NCBI GenBank assembly: GCA_965223545.1
Contig: OZ245006.1
Location: 6,176,001 to 6,240,000, forward strand
Length of the DNA: 64,000 bases
Direction: 5' to 3'
Origin: Planctomycetota bacterium
GTDB lineage: Bacteria; Planctomycetota; UBA1135; UBA2386
Positions 19,300 to 28,589 of this stretch are shown here, in pieces. Both the position numbers and the translations under genes were made by a program. Every line of letters starts with the position of its first letter. The stretch's first letter is position 1. The notes under the pieces were generated by a model that made no database searches, was not told the origin of the DNA, and saw only the letters and a list, made by a program, of their open reading frames with translations.

Positions 19300-21395
19300 G
19301 GCAGGCGCACCTCGATGTGGCCCGCGGTGCTGGGCGGCAGTTGTAGACGCAGTCGACCGAGGTTGTCGGCCGGCAGCCGTCGGCGTTGACCGTCGACCAG
19401 CACCCGCAGCGACGCCGACGGAGGGAAACCGCCGAGCAAAAGCTCGCGTGGCAGCTGTGAAGGCGCTTCCAGCGCGAGGAACCGCGCGTCGCGGGTCGCG
19501 GCCAAGATTCTCGTGTTGCTCTCGACCAGGTGCGGCGCCGGGGCCGGGCCATCGGACCACACCAGCTCGGCGTCGGGGTCCGAGAGGTGCAGGTAGAGCG
19601 AGTCGTGGATGCGCTGCGCGCCGAGGATGCCCGTGCTCGCTGGCCAATCGATGCGCCGCGTCACGCCGTCGATGCGGACCGAACGGCACGCCCGGAAGCC
19701 TCGGAAGGCGTAGCCGCGCGTCGTGCGCAGGACGTCGCAGCCGGAGCATGCGTCGAGCACTGCGGCGGCGTAGGTCGACGCGTGCACCGGGATGGTCGGT
19801 TCTTCGAGGGCCCAGCGCTGGATCAGGTCGTGCAGGGCTTGCAGACGCGCCGGCCGTTCGGCGGCGTAGAAGTGGACGTAGATGTTCGCTGGCTTGAGGA
19901 TGCGTCCGCGCCCGGTGTTGGCCAGCGTGATGCCGGCGTGCCCGTGCGCGCCCGGCATCGTGTCGAAGTAGCCGCGGTACACGTTCTCGTTGGGACCGCC
20001 GCAGTAGACCTGGAAGCGATCGCCGACTTGCTTGCCCCAGGGGGCGACGAAGCCGACCGAGTCGTGCATCGGGTCCCAGCGAAACACCCCACCGTTGAGG
20101 TTGAGGCAGCCGGCGTCCTCCGCTGCGGCAATGGTGGCGGCGTCCGGGTTGGCAGCACCGCTCCACAGCATCACCTTGCAGCTCTTGTCAGGAGGCGCCA
20201 AGTAGCGGTTGATGAACGCGATCGAGCCCGTGACCTCGCGGTGTGCGGCGGGCTCGAAGCCCTCGAGCTCTTCGTAGGAACGCTGCAGGCGGGGCGACGA
20301 ACGCAGCCGGGGCGGCCGCCGCCAATCCAGTGGGTGCAGTACGGAGTGGCTCGCGATCTCGACGAACGGTCGCTCGAAGATCTCGGTCGCCAGCTCCATC
20401 GCCGCGCTCGGGGTGGACGGTGAGAAGGTTTCCGTCAGGCTCGCGATGACGACGCTGACCGTCGCCGGCAACCGATACCGGTCGAGAACGTCGGTGAGCA
20501 TGACGCGCGCGGATGGCTCGCCGCGACGCACCGTCGACTCGCTCTCGAAACCGTCGCCGTCGATGTGCAGGAAGAACATCCGGCGGCCCAGCAGCACGCA
20601 TGGCGCGGGGGCGGGTACACCTTCGAGGCCGAGCGCCGCGGAGAAGTAGGCGAATGGATCGACGTACCAGCGCCGTTCGCCGGCGGTGTGGCCCTCGTGC
20701 AGCATCCAGGGGTGAAGCCCGATGCCGCCCCAGCGACCGGTGACGATCGGCGTCGCCGGAGCCGCGAACGTCTCGCGATCTCGGGTGCGCAGCCAGACGC
20801 GGTTGTCCGCCGACGTGTTGCGCGGGCCGTGGTGGACCCGCACGTGAACCGGCTGGGATTCGTATCCGTAGTGCTGCGTTTCCAGCACGTCGGTGGCGAC
20901 GCGCACGGGGTCGTTGGTGCCGGCTTCGTCGAGCGCCAGACCGAACGGGTGCAGCCAGCGGCGCAATCGATCGGGGTCTTCTCCCCGCAGCGGGCCGAAG
21001 TCGCCGAAGTGGACGACCCGCACTCCGTAGTGGTCGCGTGCCGTCTGCAGCCACGGCCACAGCCAGTCCGGCAGCTCCTCGTGACCGTGGAAGTAGGTCA
21101 GCACCGCCCGCGTGCGCTGGGCCTGCAACGGCGGTGGGCCCTCGGACAGGTCGTGGATGCGCACCACCATGCCGAGGTGGTTGAGCGGCATCTGCAGCAG
21201 CTCGTGCACGTGGTCGAAGCGGTTGCCACCACGGTCCTCGACCTTGGTGCTGGTCAACGCCACCACTTCACGCGCTACCAGCTCGTGCACCCCGTGCACC
21301 GCAACGCCGCCTTGGGCGGGGGCTCGAGCGCATTGCCCGAACGCCGCTGCGATGAACATGAGGAGCACGAGGCCTCGCTGTCGCCCCGTTCTCAA
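19296..21395 (-). CDS. pelA: PelA-like polysaccharide deacetylase (CE4-like), lacking the N-terminal hydrolase domain
   Basis: HIDGDGF, EIASHSVLHP, KVMLWSG, LNLNGG, NENVY, YVHFY motifs typical of the PelA deacetylase half. Start (TTG 21395 or ATG 21359) uncertain. Confidence 0.85.
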   Translation of the reverse strand: MRTGRQRGLVLLMFIAAAFGQCARAPAQGGVAVHGVHELVAREVVALTSTKVEDRGGNRFDHVHELLQMPLNHLGMVVRIHDLSEGPPPLQAQRTRAVLTYFHGHEELPDWLWPWLQTARDHYGVRVVHFGDFGPLRGEDPDRLRRWLHPFGLALDEAGTNDPVRVATDVLETQHYGYESQPVHVRVHHGPRNTSADNRVWLRTRDRETFAAPATPIVTGRWGGIGLHPWMLHEGHTAGERRWYVDPFAYFSAALGLEGVPAPAPCVLLGRRMFFLHIDGDGFESESTVRRGEPSARVMLTDVLDRYRLPATVSVVIASLTETFSPSTPSAAMELATEIFERPFVEIASHSVLHPLDWRRPPRLRSSPRLQRSYEELEGFEPAAHREVTGSIAFINRYLAPPDKSCKVMLWSGAANPDAATIAAAEDAGCLNLNGGVFRWDPMHDSVGFVAPWGKQVGDRFQVYCGGPNENVYRGYFDTMPGAHGHAGITLANTGRGRILKPANIYVHFYAAERPARLQALHDLIQRWALEEPTIPVHASTYAAAVLDACSGCDVLRTTRGYAFRGFRACRSVRIDGVTRRIDWPASTGILGAQRIHDSLYLHLSDPDAELVWSDGPAPAPHLVESNTRILAATRDARFLALEAPSQLPRELLLGGFPPSASLRVLVDGQRRRLPADNLGRLRLQLPPSTAGHIEVRLP

Positions 21396-21592
21396 AGAAG
21401 TACAACCCGGTTGTCTGCATCAGTCTTCGGGATGCGGTGAGAGCTGGCTTGATCGATGCGCGCGGCCCCGGGCCCGCGCCTCGTTGCCACCGAGGGTTCG
21501 GCTCCCGCCGAGTCCTGCCCGAGTCACCGGGCGGCGGGGTGCGCCGCGAGATCCACTCCAACCCCGGTCGGGCGCTGACCGACCAGAGGGAC

Positions 21593-22702
21593 ATGGCCAT
21601 GGGCAGTGGGGTTCGGTCTTGCGGCGCGGCCTTCCGGGTGGTGCCAGTGATCGCGTTGACGAGCGTCACGGCGTGCTGGTCAGCGCGCGGAGTGGAGCCG
21701 CCCGCGGAGACGCCCGCCGCGGCGGGCGCGAACCTGGTGCCCGACGATCCGTCCACCGCGAAGCTGGCCGCGGTCGAGCGGTGGGTGATTCAGCTGCAGG
21801 GGTTGGAGGACGTCGGCGCGATCGGCCGCCTCGCCGGCGTTCCGGCGGACCTGGTCGTCGTCGAGCCGATGCGCTCGCAGCGTGGGTTCGAAGAGTTCCC
21901 GATGGCCGAGGCCGTGGCGCGGATTCAGGCGCCGAGATTCACGACCGGCCGCCGGCGAGTCTGTTTGGCATACCTCAACGTCGGTCAAGCCGAGGACTAT
22001 CGCACCTACTGGACCGAGGGCTGGCGCGCGCCGACCGAAGATGCGCCCGGTCTGCCCAGCTTCCTGCTCACGGTCGACCCGGACGGGTGGGTGGGCAACT
22101 ACCCGGTCGCCTACTGGGACGCCCGCTGGCGCGGTGAGCTGCTGGGGCATCCCGGCGCCCCGTTGGACCAGATCTTGGCCGATGGGTTCGACGGTGTGTA
22201 CCTGGACTGGGTCTTGGGCTACGGCGATCCGGCGGTCGTCGCCGCGGCCCGCGATGCCGCGATCGATCCCGAGGAAGCCATGGTGGACTGGCTCACCGAA
22301 GTCCGCGACTACGCCCGGCGTCGCAACCCGGCGTTCGTCCTGATCGCGCAGAACGCGATCGCGCTGGTCGAGCGCCACCCGCGGATGCTGGCGGTCATCG
22401 ACGGTCTCGTGCAGGAAGATCTCTCGTTCCGCGGCCGTGCCGACGCGGCCTGGGACGACGACCACTCGGGTGGCATCGCGGGGGTCGATCACGGCCCATG
22501 GTCGACCGCGGTCCTGGGCCGCCGGCTGGCGGCGGCGCGCGAAGCCGGGCTGACCGTTTTGACCCTCGACTACGCCGTGGATCCGGCGGATGTGCTGTTG
22601 GCGGAGCGCGTCAGCCGCGGCTTCGGCTTGCTGCCAGCAGTCAGCCGCACGCCCCTCGACCGCCTGCCGGAGCACATCTGGAACGCCGTCCCGGCGCGTT
22701 GA
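21593..22702 (+). CDS. Endo-alpha-1,4-polygalactosaminidase-like glycoside hydrolase (GH114/GH166, MJ1477/TM1410-like), probable lipoprotein
   Basis: WVIQLQ, AYLNVGQAEDYRTYW, GFDGVYLD, LIAQN, QEDL, LTLDY motifs; lipobox-like VTAC; divergent from pelA. Start uncertain. Confidence 0.85.
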   Translation: MAMGSGVRSCGAAFRVVPVIALTSVTACWSARGVEPPAETPAAAGANLVPDDPSTAKLAAVERWVIQLQGLEDVGAIGRLAGVPADLVVVEPMRSQRGFEEFPMAEAVARIQAPRFTTGRRRVCLAYLNVGQAEDYRTYWTEGWRAPTEDAPGLPSFLLTVDPDGWVGNYPVAYWDARWRGELLGHPGAPLDQILADGFDGVYLDWVLGYGDPAVVAAARDAAIDPEEAMVDWLTEVRDYARRRNPAFVLIAQNAIALVERHPRMLAVIDGLVQEDLSFRGRADAAWDDDHSGGIAGVDHGPWSTAVLGRRLAAAREAGLTVLTLDYAVDPADVLLAERVSRGFGLLPAVSRTPLDRLPEHIWNAVPAR

Positions 22703-22735
22703 TCAACGCCGCTCCCGAGGCATCGTGCCCGGTAG

Positions 22736-23137
22736 TCAGCGTTCGCGGTCGTCGAGGTCGGGCAGCGAGGCTTCGTCGAGGGTCCAAGTGCCGGCTTCGA
22801 TCAAGTCCTCGCGGCCGCTGGCCAAGACGAAGGCAACGGCCGCCATCGGGCGGACGTCGCCGGCAATCACCTGTACGGCCTCGCGTCGGTAGAGCGCGCC
22901 TTCGTACTCGTCGAGGCGGGCCCAGTCCGCGGTGGTCAAATCGAGCACCAACCGCCCGGTCGTGCTGGCGCCGGCGGTGGCCACGATCGCAGGGTAGGCG
23001 CGGCCGCGCAGGCGCACGCGACGGTAGCCGGCAAGGGTTGCCGCGCGAGTGTGCGTCGCGCGGCCGAGCACACACTGGCGCAGGTGGTCGGACAGCAGCG
23101 TGCCGTAGGCAAACAGTGGGTGTGGGTGCGGAGTCAT
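22736..23137 (-). CDS. Gamma-glutamylcyclotransferase (AIG2-like) family protein
   Basis: LFAYGTL, YPAI, LDEYEGALYRR motifs. Confidence 0.85.
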   Translation of the reverse strand: MTPHPHPLFAYGTLLSDHLRQCVLGRATHTRAATLAGYRRVRLRGRAYPAIVATAGASTTGRLVLDLTTADWARLDEYEGALYRREAVQVIAGDVRPMAAVAFVLASGREDLIEAGTWTLDEASLPDLDDRER

Positions 23138-23141
23138 GCCC

Positions 23142-24740
23142 TCATTCGCCGACCAGCGGCGCGCCCATCGCTGCACAATCCCGCTGCAGCTCGGCCGGTG
23201 ACCGGTGCTTCTTCTGTCGCCGGATGTGCGCCAGCAGCTCCGCGGCGTGCTCGCGGTACAGGTCGCGCGCGTCGATGCCGTAGGTGGCCAGCTGCGCCGC
23301 TTGACGCGGAGAGCACAGGCCCACCGCGCGCCGGTCGAGCAGGTGCTCGTGGAGCTCGTATGCCTGCCGTCGCGTCAGATCGGCGAGCGCCGCTTTGGGC
23401 AGCCCCGCGCGCTGCAGGGTGCGGATCTGGTCCGGCGAAGCGCGCCCGTCGCCGCGCACGGCGGCGGGGCGTTGGAAGCCGACCGCGGCAAACGGGTCGC
23501 GGTGGACCAGCTGGTAGCGGACGTCGGTGGCGCGGGCTTCGCATTCTTGCCGGGCGAGCTCGAGTGCTTCTTCGATCGCGAGCGCGCGCCCTTCCTCGGT
23601 GGCATCGGCGGTGATGCGGCGCGCGGCTTCGCCGACCGCCTCGTCCGGGGCGAACAGATCGACGGCCGACACCAGACTGTGCCGGCAGTTCGCCGGTGAG
23701 AAGTCCAAGACCACCAGGTCGCGCTTGCCGTTGGCGATGCGCGTGCCGCGACCGACCATCTGGGCGTAGAAGGCGCGCGAGAGTACCGGTCGCGCGATGG
23801 CGACCAGCGAGATCTGCGGCACGTCGAACCCCTCGGTGAACAGCGCGCAGTTGACCAGCACGGCGATCTCGCCGCGCTTGAAGCGATCGACGATCGCGCG
23901 GCGTTCGGCGGCATCACTGGTGCCGTCGAGGGCGGCGGCGAACAGCGGATCGCCCGCGGTCGCGCACAGCACGCGCGCCAGCGCATGCGCGTGCGCGACC
24001 GAGACCGCGAACACGATCGCCGGGCGGCCGCGGCGTTCGCGCACGACGGGGACGGCGATCTCCGCCAAGTGCGGGGCTTGGCCGAGGATGCGCTCGACGT
24101 CGCCCGTGGCCAGCTCACCGGCGACCTTGGCCACGGCGGAGAAATCGGCTTGCGTGCGCACCAGGTAGGAGCGGATCGGGCACAGCCAGCCGTCATCGAT
24201 CGCGGCGCGCAGCTCGTACTCGAACGCGACGTCCGAGTAGATGGTGGCGAGCGAGCTGCGGTCGCTGCGGTCGGGCGTCGCGGTGACGCCGACGACGAAG
24301 CAGCCGAAGTGATCGAGGATGCGGCGGTAGGTCGCCGCGGTGCTGTGGTGGGCCTCGTCGACGACGATCAGCGAGAACGCGTCGGCGGAGAACTTCGCCA
24401 GGCGTCGGTGTACGGACTGGACGCTGGCGACGGTGATGCGGGCGCGGGTGCCGCCGCTCGGCTGCGTCGACTGGCGCTGCAGGCCCATCTCGACGGCGAT
24501 GTGGTCGCGGCACCAGGCCCGCAGCTTGTCGCGTGCCTGCTCGACCAGCTCCTGGCGGTGTGCCAGGACCAGGACCCCGCCCCGCGCCAGGCGCGCCATC
24601 TCCGCGAACAGCACCGTCTTGCCGGTGCCGGTGGGCATCACCACCAGGGTGCGGCGATGGCCGTGGCGGAACGAATCCCGCACCGCCTCTAGGGCGCGCT
24701 GTTGGTAGGGACGCAGCTTCTGCCCGGACCCGCTGGACAT
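23142..24740 (-). CDS. Superfamily II DEAH-box helicase (ResIII/RadD/Irc3-like)
   Basis: LRPYQ, MPTGTGKT, DEAHH, TATPDRSD, TEGFDVP, QMVGRGTR. Confidence 0.92.
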   Translation of the reverse strand: MSSGSGQKLRPYQQRALEAVRDSFRHGHRRTLVVMPTGTGKTVLFAEMARLARGGVLVLAHRQELVEQARDKLRAWCRDHIAVEMGLQRQSTQPSGGTRARITVASVQSVHRRLAKFSADAFSLIVVDEAHHSTAATYRRILDHFGCFVVGVTATPDRSDRSSLATIYSDVAFEYELRAAIDDGWLCPIRSYLVRTQADFSAVAKVAGELATGDVERILGQAPHLAEIAVPVVRERRGRPAIVFAVSVAHAHALARVLCATAGDPLFAAALDGTSDAAERRAIVDRFKRGEIAVLVNCALFTEGFDVPQISLVAIARPVLSRAFYAQMVGRGTRIANGKRDLVVLDFSPANCRHSLVSAVDLFAPDEAVGEAARRITADATEEGRALAIEEALELARQECEARATDVRYQLVHRDPFAAVGFQRPAAVRGDGRASPDQIRTLQRAGLPKAALADLTRRQAYELHEHLLDRRAVGLCSPRQAAQLATYGIDARDLYREHAAELLAHIRRQKKHRSPAELQRDCAAMGAPLVGE

Positions 24741-24829
24741 CGCCGACCAAGGGTATCGGCGCGGCACCCTGGCCGCGATTGCCGAGCCCGGTCCTTGTGC
24801 GGCCGGCGCGCGGTGCCAAGATCGCTCGG

Positions 24830-25123
24830 GTGTCGTCCAGCGTCGAGCTCGAACGGCGGTCGTTCCGCGTGCATGGTCGCGTGCAGGGGGTGGCGTTTCG
24901 CGCCTACACCGTGCGCGCGGCGGAGCGCATCGGTGTCACCGGCTTCGTGCAGAACTGTGCCGATGGCACCGTCGCCGGCGAGGTGCAGGGAGCGCCACAG
25001 GCGGTGGCGGAGTTCGTCGAGTGGCTGGACGAGGGTTCACCCTGGGCGGCCGTCGAGGCGGTGGACGCGGCGCTGATCCAGGTGGCCGAGGGCGACGGTG
25101 GCTTCCGCGTGCGCCGCAGCTGA
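24830..25123 (+). CDS. acyP: Acylphosphatase
   Basis: VHGRVQGVAFR, GFVQNCADGTV, GSPWAAV. Confidence 0.9.
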   Translation: MSSSVELERRSFRVHGRVQGVAFRAYTVRAAERIGVTGFVQNCADGTVAGEVQGAPQAVAEFVEWLDEGSPWAAVEAVDAALIQVAEGDGGFRVRRS

Positions 25124-25166
25124 CAAGTGCATCGATCCCGAAAGACCGAGCCGGCACCATGAACGC

Positions 25167-26240
25167 ATGCTCCGCATTCTCTTTCTGTCCACGTTGGCTG
25201 GCGCCACGGCCGGCCAGGATCCCGGCATGACGCCGGAGGTGGTCGAGCGTTTCGCGCGGCTGGCACTGGATTGTGTCGAGCGCGAGTACCCCAACAAGGT
25301 GGCGCACGTCTTGGCCTCCGACGACGACGTCCGTCCGCCGCGCGCCCTGACCCCGGTGTTCTACGGTTGCTTCGACTGGCACAGCGCCGTGCACGGCCAT
25401 TGGCTGCTGGTGCGCTTGGCCCGGCTGTTTCCCGACGCCGCCGCCGCCGCTCCGGCGCGCGCTGTATTGGATCGGCACCTGACCCGGCCCCGCGTCGCCG
25501 CCGAGGTCGCCTACATGGTGGCCGAGGGCCGGACCTCTTGGGAGCGGCCCTACGGCCTGGCCTGGCTGCTGCAGCTGGCGGCCGAGCTGCGCGAGTGGGA
25601 CGACAGCCAGGCGCGGCAGTGGAGTCAGGCGCTCGAGCCGTTGGAGGCCGAGGTGGCGCGGCGCATGGTCGAGTGGCTGCCCAAGCTCAGCCATCCGATC
25701 CGCACGGGCGAGCACAGCCAGTCGGCGTTCGCGATGGGCCTCATGCTCGACTGGGCACGGGGTGCCGGCGAGACCGAGGCCGAGCGGCTCGTCGTCGCCC
25801 GGGCGATCGAATTCCACGGCGACGACGAGGGCTGGCCGCTGCGCTTCGAGCCCGGCGGCCAGGACTTCCTGTCGCCCGGCTTGGCCGTCGCCGACCTGAT
25901 GCGTCGGGTCTACGAGCCGGAGGAGTTCGCGCGCTGGCTCTCGCGCGCGCTGCCCGACATCCGCGCCGACGCTGGTGACGGCTGGCTGCCGCCGGCGGTG
26001 GTGACCGACAAGGCGGACGGCAAACTGGCCCATTTGGACGGCCTCAACCTGTCGCGCGCGTGGATGCTCGAGGGCATCGCCGCCGGCCTACCGGAGGGCG
26101 ACGCGCGCCGGCCGGTGGTGCTGGCGTCCGCCGCGGCACACCGGGAGGCGGGGATCGCGTCGGTCACCGGCGAGCACTATGCGGGTGGCCACTGGTTGGG
26201 GAGCTTCGCGACGTACCTGGTGACGCGGCGTGGGTTGTAG
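25167..26240 (+). CDS. DUF2891 family protein
   Basis: EYPNK, FYGCFDWHSAVHGHW, WERPYGLAWLL, DFLSP, HLDGLNLSRAW, YAGGHWL. Confidence 0.88.
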   Translation: MLRILFLSTLAGATAGQDPGMTPEVVERFARLALDCVEREYPNKVAHVLASDDDVRPPRALTPVFYGCFDWHSAVHGHWLLVRLARLFPDAAAAAPARAVLDRHLTRPRVAAEVAYMVAEGRTSWERPYGLAWLLQLAAELREWDDSQARQWSQALEPLEAEVARRMVEWLPKLSHPIRTGEHSQSAFAMGLMLDWARGAGETEAERLVVARAIEFHGDDEGWPLRFEPGGQDFLSPGLAVADLMRRVYEPEEFARWLSRALPDIRADAGDGWLPPAVVTDKADGKLAHLDGLNLSRAWMLEGIAAGLPEGDARRPVVLASAAAHREAGIASVTGEHYAGGHWLGSFATYLVTRRGL

Positions 26241-26369
26241 CGCCGGCGTCGGCGTCGCCGGGATTTGATCGGTCAACCCTGGCGTAGGCCGCTGGGCTCA
26301 GCGCTGCCACCCCCGCAACCAAACTCGGATGCCGCTCTCGCCGGAGCGGGTTGGAAGGTCGGTCACATC

Positions 26370-26418
26370 CGCCGCCGCGCCGGAGGCACTGTCTCTCCGA
26401 GCCTCCGGCGCGGCGGCG
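26370..26418. repeat. Perfect 18-bp inverted repeat with 13-nt spacer (hairpin between convergent genes)
   Basis: cgccgccgcgccggaggc (26370-26387) / gcctccggcgcggcggcg (26401-26418). Confidence 0.8.
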
Positions 26419-26484
26419 TTGTCGCCATGGCAGCGGCGTCGCCTCGAAAATGTTGTCGAAGCTCGAAGGTTCGAGGCGCCGGAG
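26404..26484 (-). repeat. 81-bp dispersed intergenic repeat, copy A
   Basis: 69/81 identical without gaps to the reverse complement of 47467..47547; begins 2 nt after the stop of CDS 26487..28418. Confidence 0.85.
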
Positions 26485-26486
26485 CC

Positions 26487-28418
26487 TCAGTGTGTGCTGT
26501 ACGGGCCCGCCGTCCACGGATCTTGCGAACTGACCGATCGGGCGCCGAGGTCGGTGTGCATACCCGGAAGGGATCCGGCCGGGCTGGGACTGGTCCAGGC
26601 GACGCCGATCGCCGGCGAAGCGGCGACGAGGTTCAGGTCGAGGTCTTCGACCCAGGCGGACGGGGATTGTCCAGCGCATGAAGACGGATACTGGGACAGG
26701 TCGTATGGGGCCGACGCCAGGTAGTCGCCGAGGAACTGTTGAGCGTTGGTCATCACGAAGTTGGTTCCGGGTAGGCCCGTCCAGTTGGACTCACCGAGCC
26801 CGTGGCAGTTGAGCGTGTCTCCTCCTTGAAACCGCAGGCCAGTTGAAACGTATCCGTTCCACGCTGCTGATAGGTCTGTCGTGTTGCCGTTGTCCGGAAC
26901 GATGTTCAACATGTACCGGCCCCACGAATTTGGACACTGGTTTACCGGGCAGGGCGTCGCCGTAGTGGCGGCTTCGGTGACCACTTGCCCCGCGATTGTC
27001 GTTCCACCGGTCAAATTGTTGAAGACGCTGCTGTTCGTCGCGGCGTTCGTCACGACGATGCTGCCGTTAGAACTTCCGGTCGCCATCGCTGCAACGACAG
27101 TGTTGTGATAGACGTGCAATGCAGTCATGATTGATGGTGGGAGAGTCGATGCACTGCAAGTCTGGGTAACAATAGGGCAGAGAGGCGAGTTGCAACGCTT
27201 GGCCTTCTCCCAACGACTGAAGACGAGGATTCCGGCACCCCGGACCCAGTAGATCTCGTTGTTGTGAATGTACAGCTGTGAGAGTGTTCCCGTGTCGTAC
27301 CACTTGTCGTTTCCCGCACAGAGATCTCCTACGGCGGCGACGATGCCCGAATGAGACCCACCGGGCACGGATGCGGGTTGCCATTGGGTGTCCACCCAGC
27401 ATGTGGACAGATGGTGCACGGGCGATCCCGATGCAACGGCCTCTTGATAGAAGCCGATGTAACGGACCACGTTGTGGTAAACCTCCACGTTGGGACCACA
27501 TTCGTTCAGGTAGATCGCCGAGCTCTTGCAGAACTCCACAACGTTGTTGTGGATCGATCCCGTAGTCCCGACTTTGAAGTCGATCCCCTGGTTGAGGCAG
27601 TTGCCGACACGGTTGTCGAAGACGTGGCAGTTCGCCGTCGTGGCGACTGTGAGCGCCTCGGTACCGAATCGCACCGTGGGCTCCTGCGGGTTGCTCAGGT
27701 CGAACTTTCCCAGATTGGTTTGATCGAGCCAGCAGTTGCAGATCGTGAGGTCGTTGTTGAGGGGGCCGCGAATGAACGGTTGGCATTCGCCGGTCTCCGA
27801 GCGGACTGGGCCGGGAGGTTGGTTCGGTGAGACTTTGATTCCCGAATTGGTGACCCACTGCACTCTGACGCCGTTGACGACGACGTTGTTGCAGTTCTTG
27901 ATCTCGATCCCGTCCCCCGCGATTCCTTCGATCACAAAGTGCCATGGGCCAACCGCGCCCGGGAGCAGGCCGTCGATCGTGACGTTGTCGACGTTTTCGA
28001 GGTAGATGCCGTGTGTTAGGGTCCCGGTCCCCTGCGGCAATGGGAACAGTGCTGAAGTTCCGAATTGCGGGTCGGTGGTGATCGCCGGATCACTGATGTT
28101 GACGTTCTGAACGTTCGAGCCAATGACTTGCGGCTTGATGAGGATCGACGCGAACGAATACGTCGTCGTGCCTCCACTCGCGATCTTGATCGTCTCACCG
28201 AATGTGCCACGCAGGTGAAACGTGATGTGGTCGCTGGGGTAGTTGGCGTGGGCTTGTGCAAGTGCGTGCTGGAAGCAGTTATAGGGAGAGCCCTTCGTGC
28301 CCTTTCCGGTCTGGGGACACCCGGAGGTTCCGCTCACGTAGATGTCTTGTTGTGCGGGCTGGGCGGCGGTGCATAGGCTGGGTAGGAGGGAGAGGGCGGC
28401 GACGAATCGATTCAGCAT
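26487..28418 (-). CDS. Secreted right-handed parallel beta-helix (pectin-lyase fold) protein
   Basis: Signal peptide; IYVS...G.G.KGSPY, repeated GI.I.n..N..I..N patterns, IHNN/VYHN turns, C-terminal L...SPAIG...DLGA. Confidence 0.8.
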   Translation of the reverse strand: MLNRFVAALSLLPSLCTAAQPAQQDIYVSGTSGCPQTGKGTKGSPYNCFQHALAQAHANYPSDHITFHLRGTFGETIKIASGGTTTYSFASILIKPQVIGSNVQNVNISDPAITTDPQFGTSALFPLPQGTGTLTHGIYLENVDNVTIDGLLPGAVGPWHFVIEGIAGDGIEIKNCNNVVVNGVRVQWVTNSGIKVSPNQPPGPVRSETGECQPFIRGPLNNDLTICNCWLDQTNLGKFDLSNPQEPTVRFGTEALTVATTANCHVFDNRVGNCLNQGIDFKVGTTGSIHNNVVEFCKSSAIYLNECGPNVEVYHNVVRYIGFYQEAVASGSPVHHLSTCWVDTQWQPASVPGGSHSGIVAAVGDLCAGNDKWYDTGTLSQLYIHNNEIYWVRGAGILVFSRWEKAKRCNSPLCPIVTQTCSASTLPPSIMTALHVYHNTVVAAMATGSSNGSIVVTNAATNSSVFNNLTGGTTIAGQVVTEAATTATPCPVNQCPNSWGRYMLNIVPDNGNTTDLSAAWNGYVSTGLRFQGGDTLNCHGLGESNWTGLPGTNFVMTNAQQFLGDYLASAPYDLSQYPSSCAGQSPSAWVEDLDLNLVAASPAIGVAWTSPSPAGSLPGMHTDLGARSVSSQDPWTAGPYSTH

Positions 28419-28589
28419 GATGTGTACGTCAATCGTTGTGGAGGAAAGGGGCGGTTGCGTTTGCTCCCGGTGGTCTCCTCGATCCGTGGGCGACTCGCCA
28501 CCAGGCTGCGAGGATGCACGCCGGCTCGCCGTGGGGCCGCGGGAAACAGGGCGCTTCCCCCCTTGGTCATTCGAGCCCCGCCCGCCGTC

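Noticed and set aside
19300..20166. N-terminal extension making PelB 1552 aa; likewise the extensions of ORFs 6364..8712, 36296..39799 and 43688..47464
   Set aside because: They overlap other real genes and read as Arg/Pro-rich off-frame sequence; better starts with signal peptides or coupled stop/start lie downstream.
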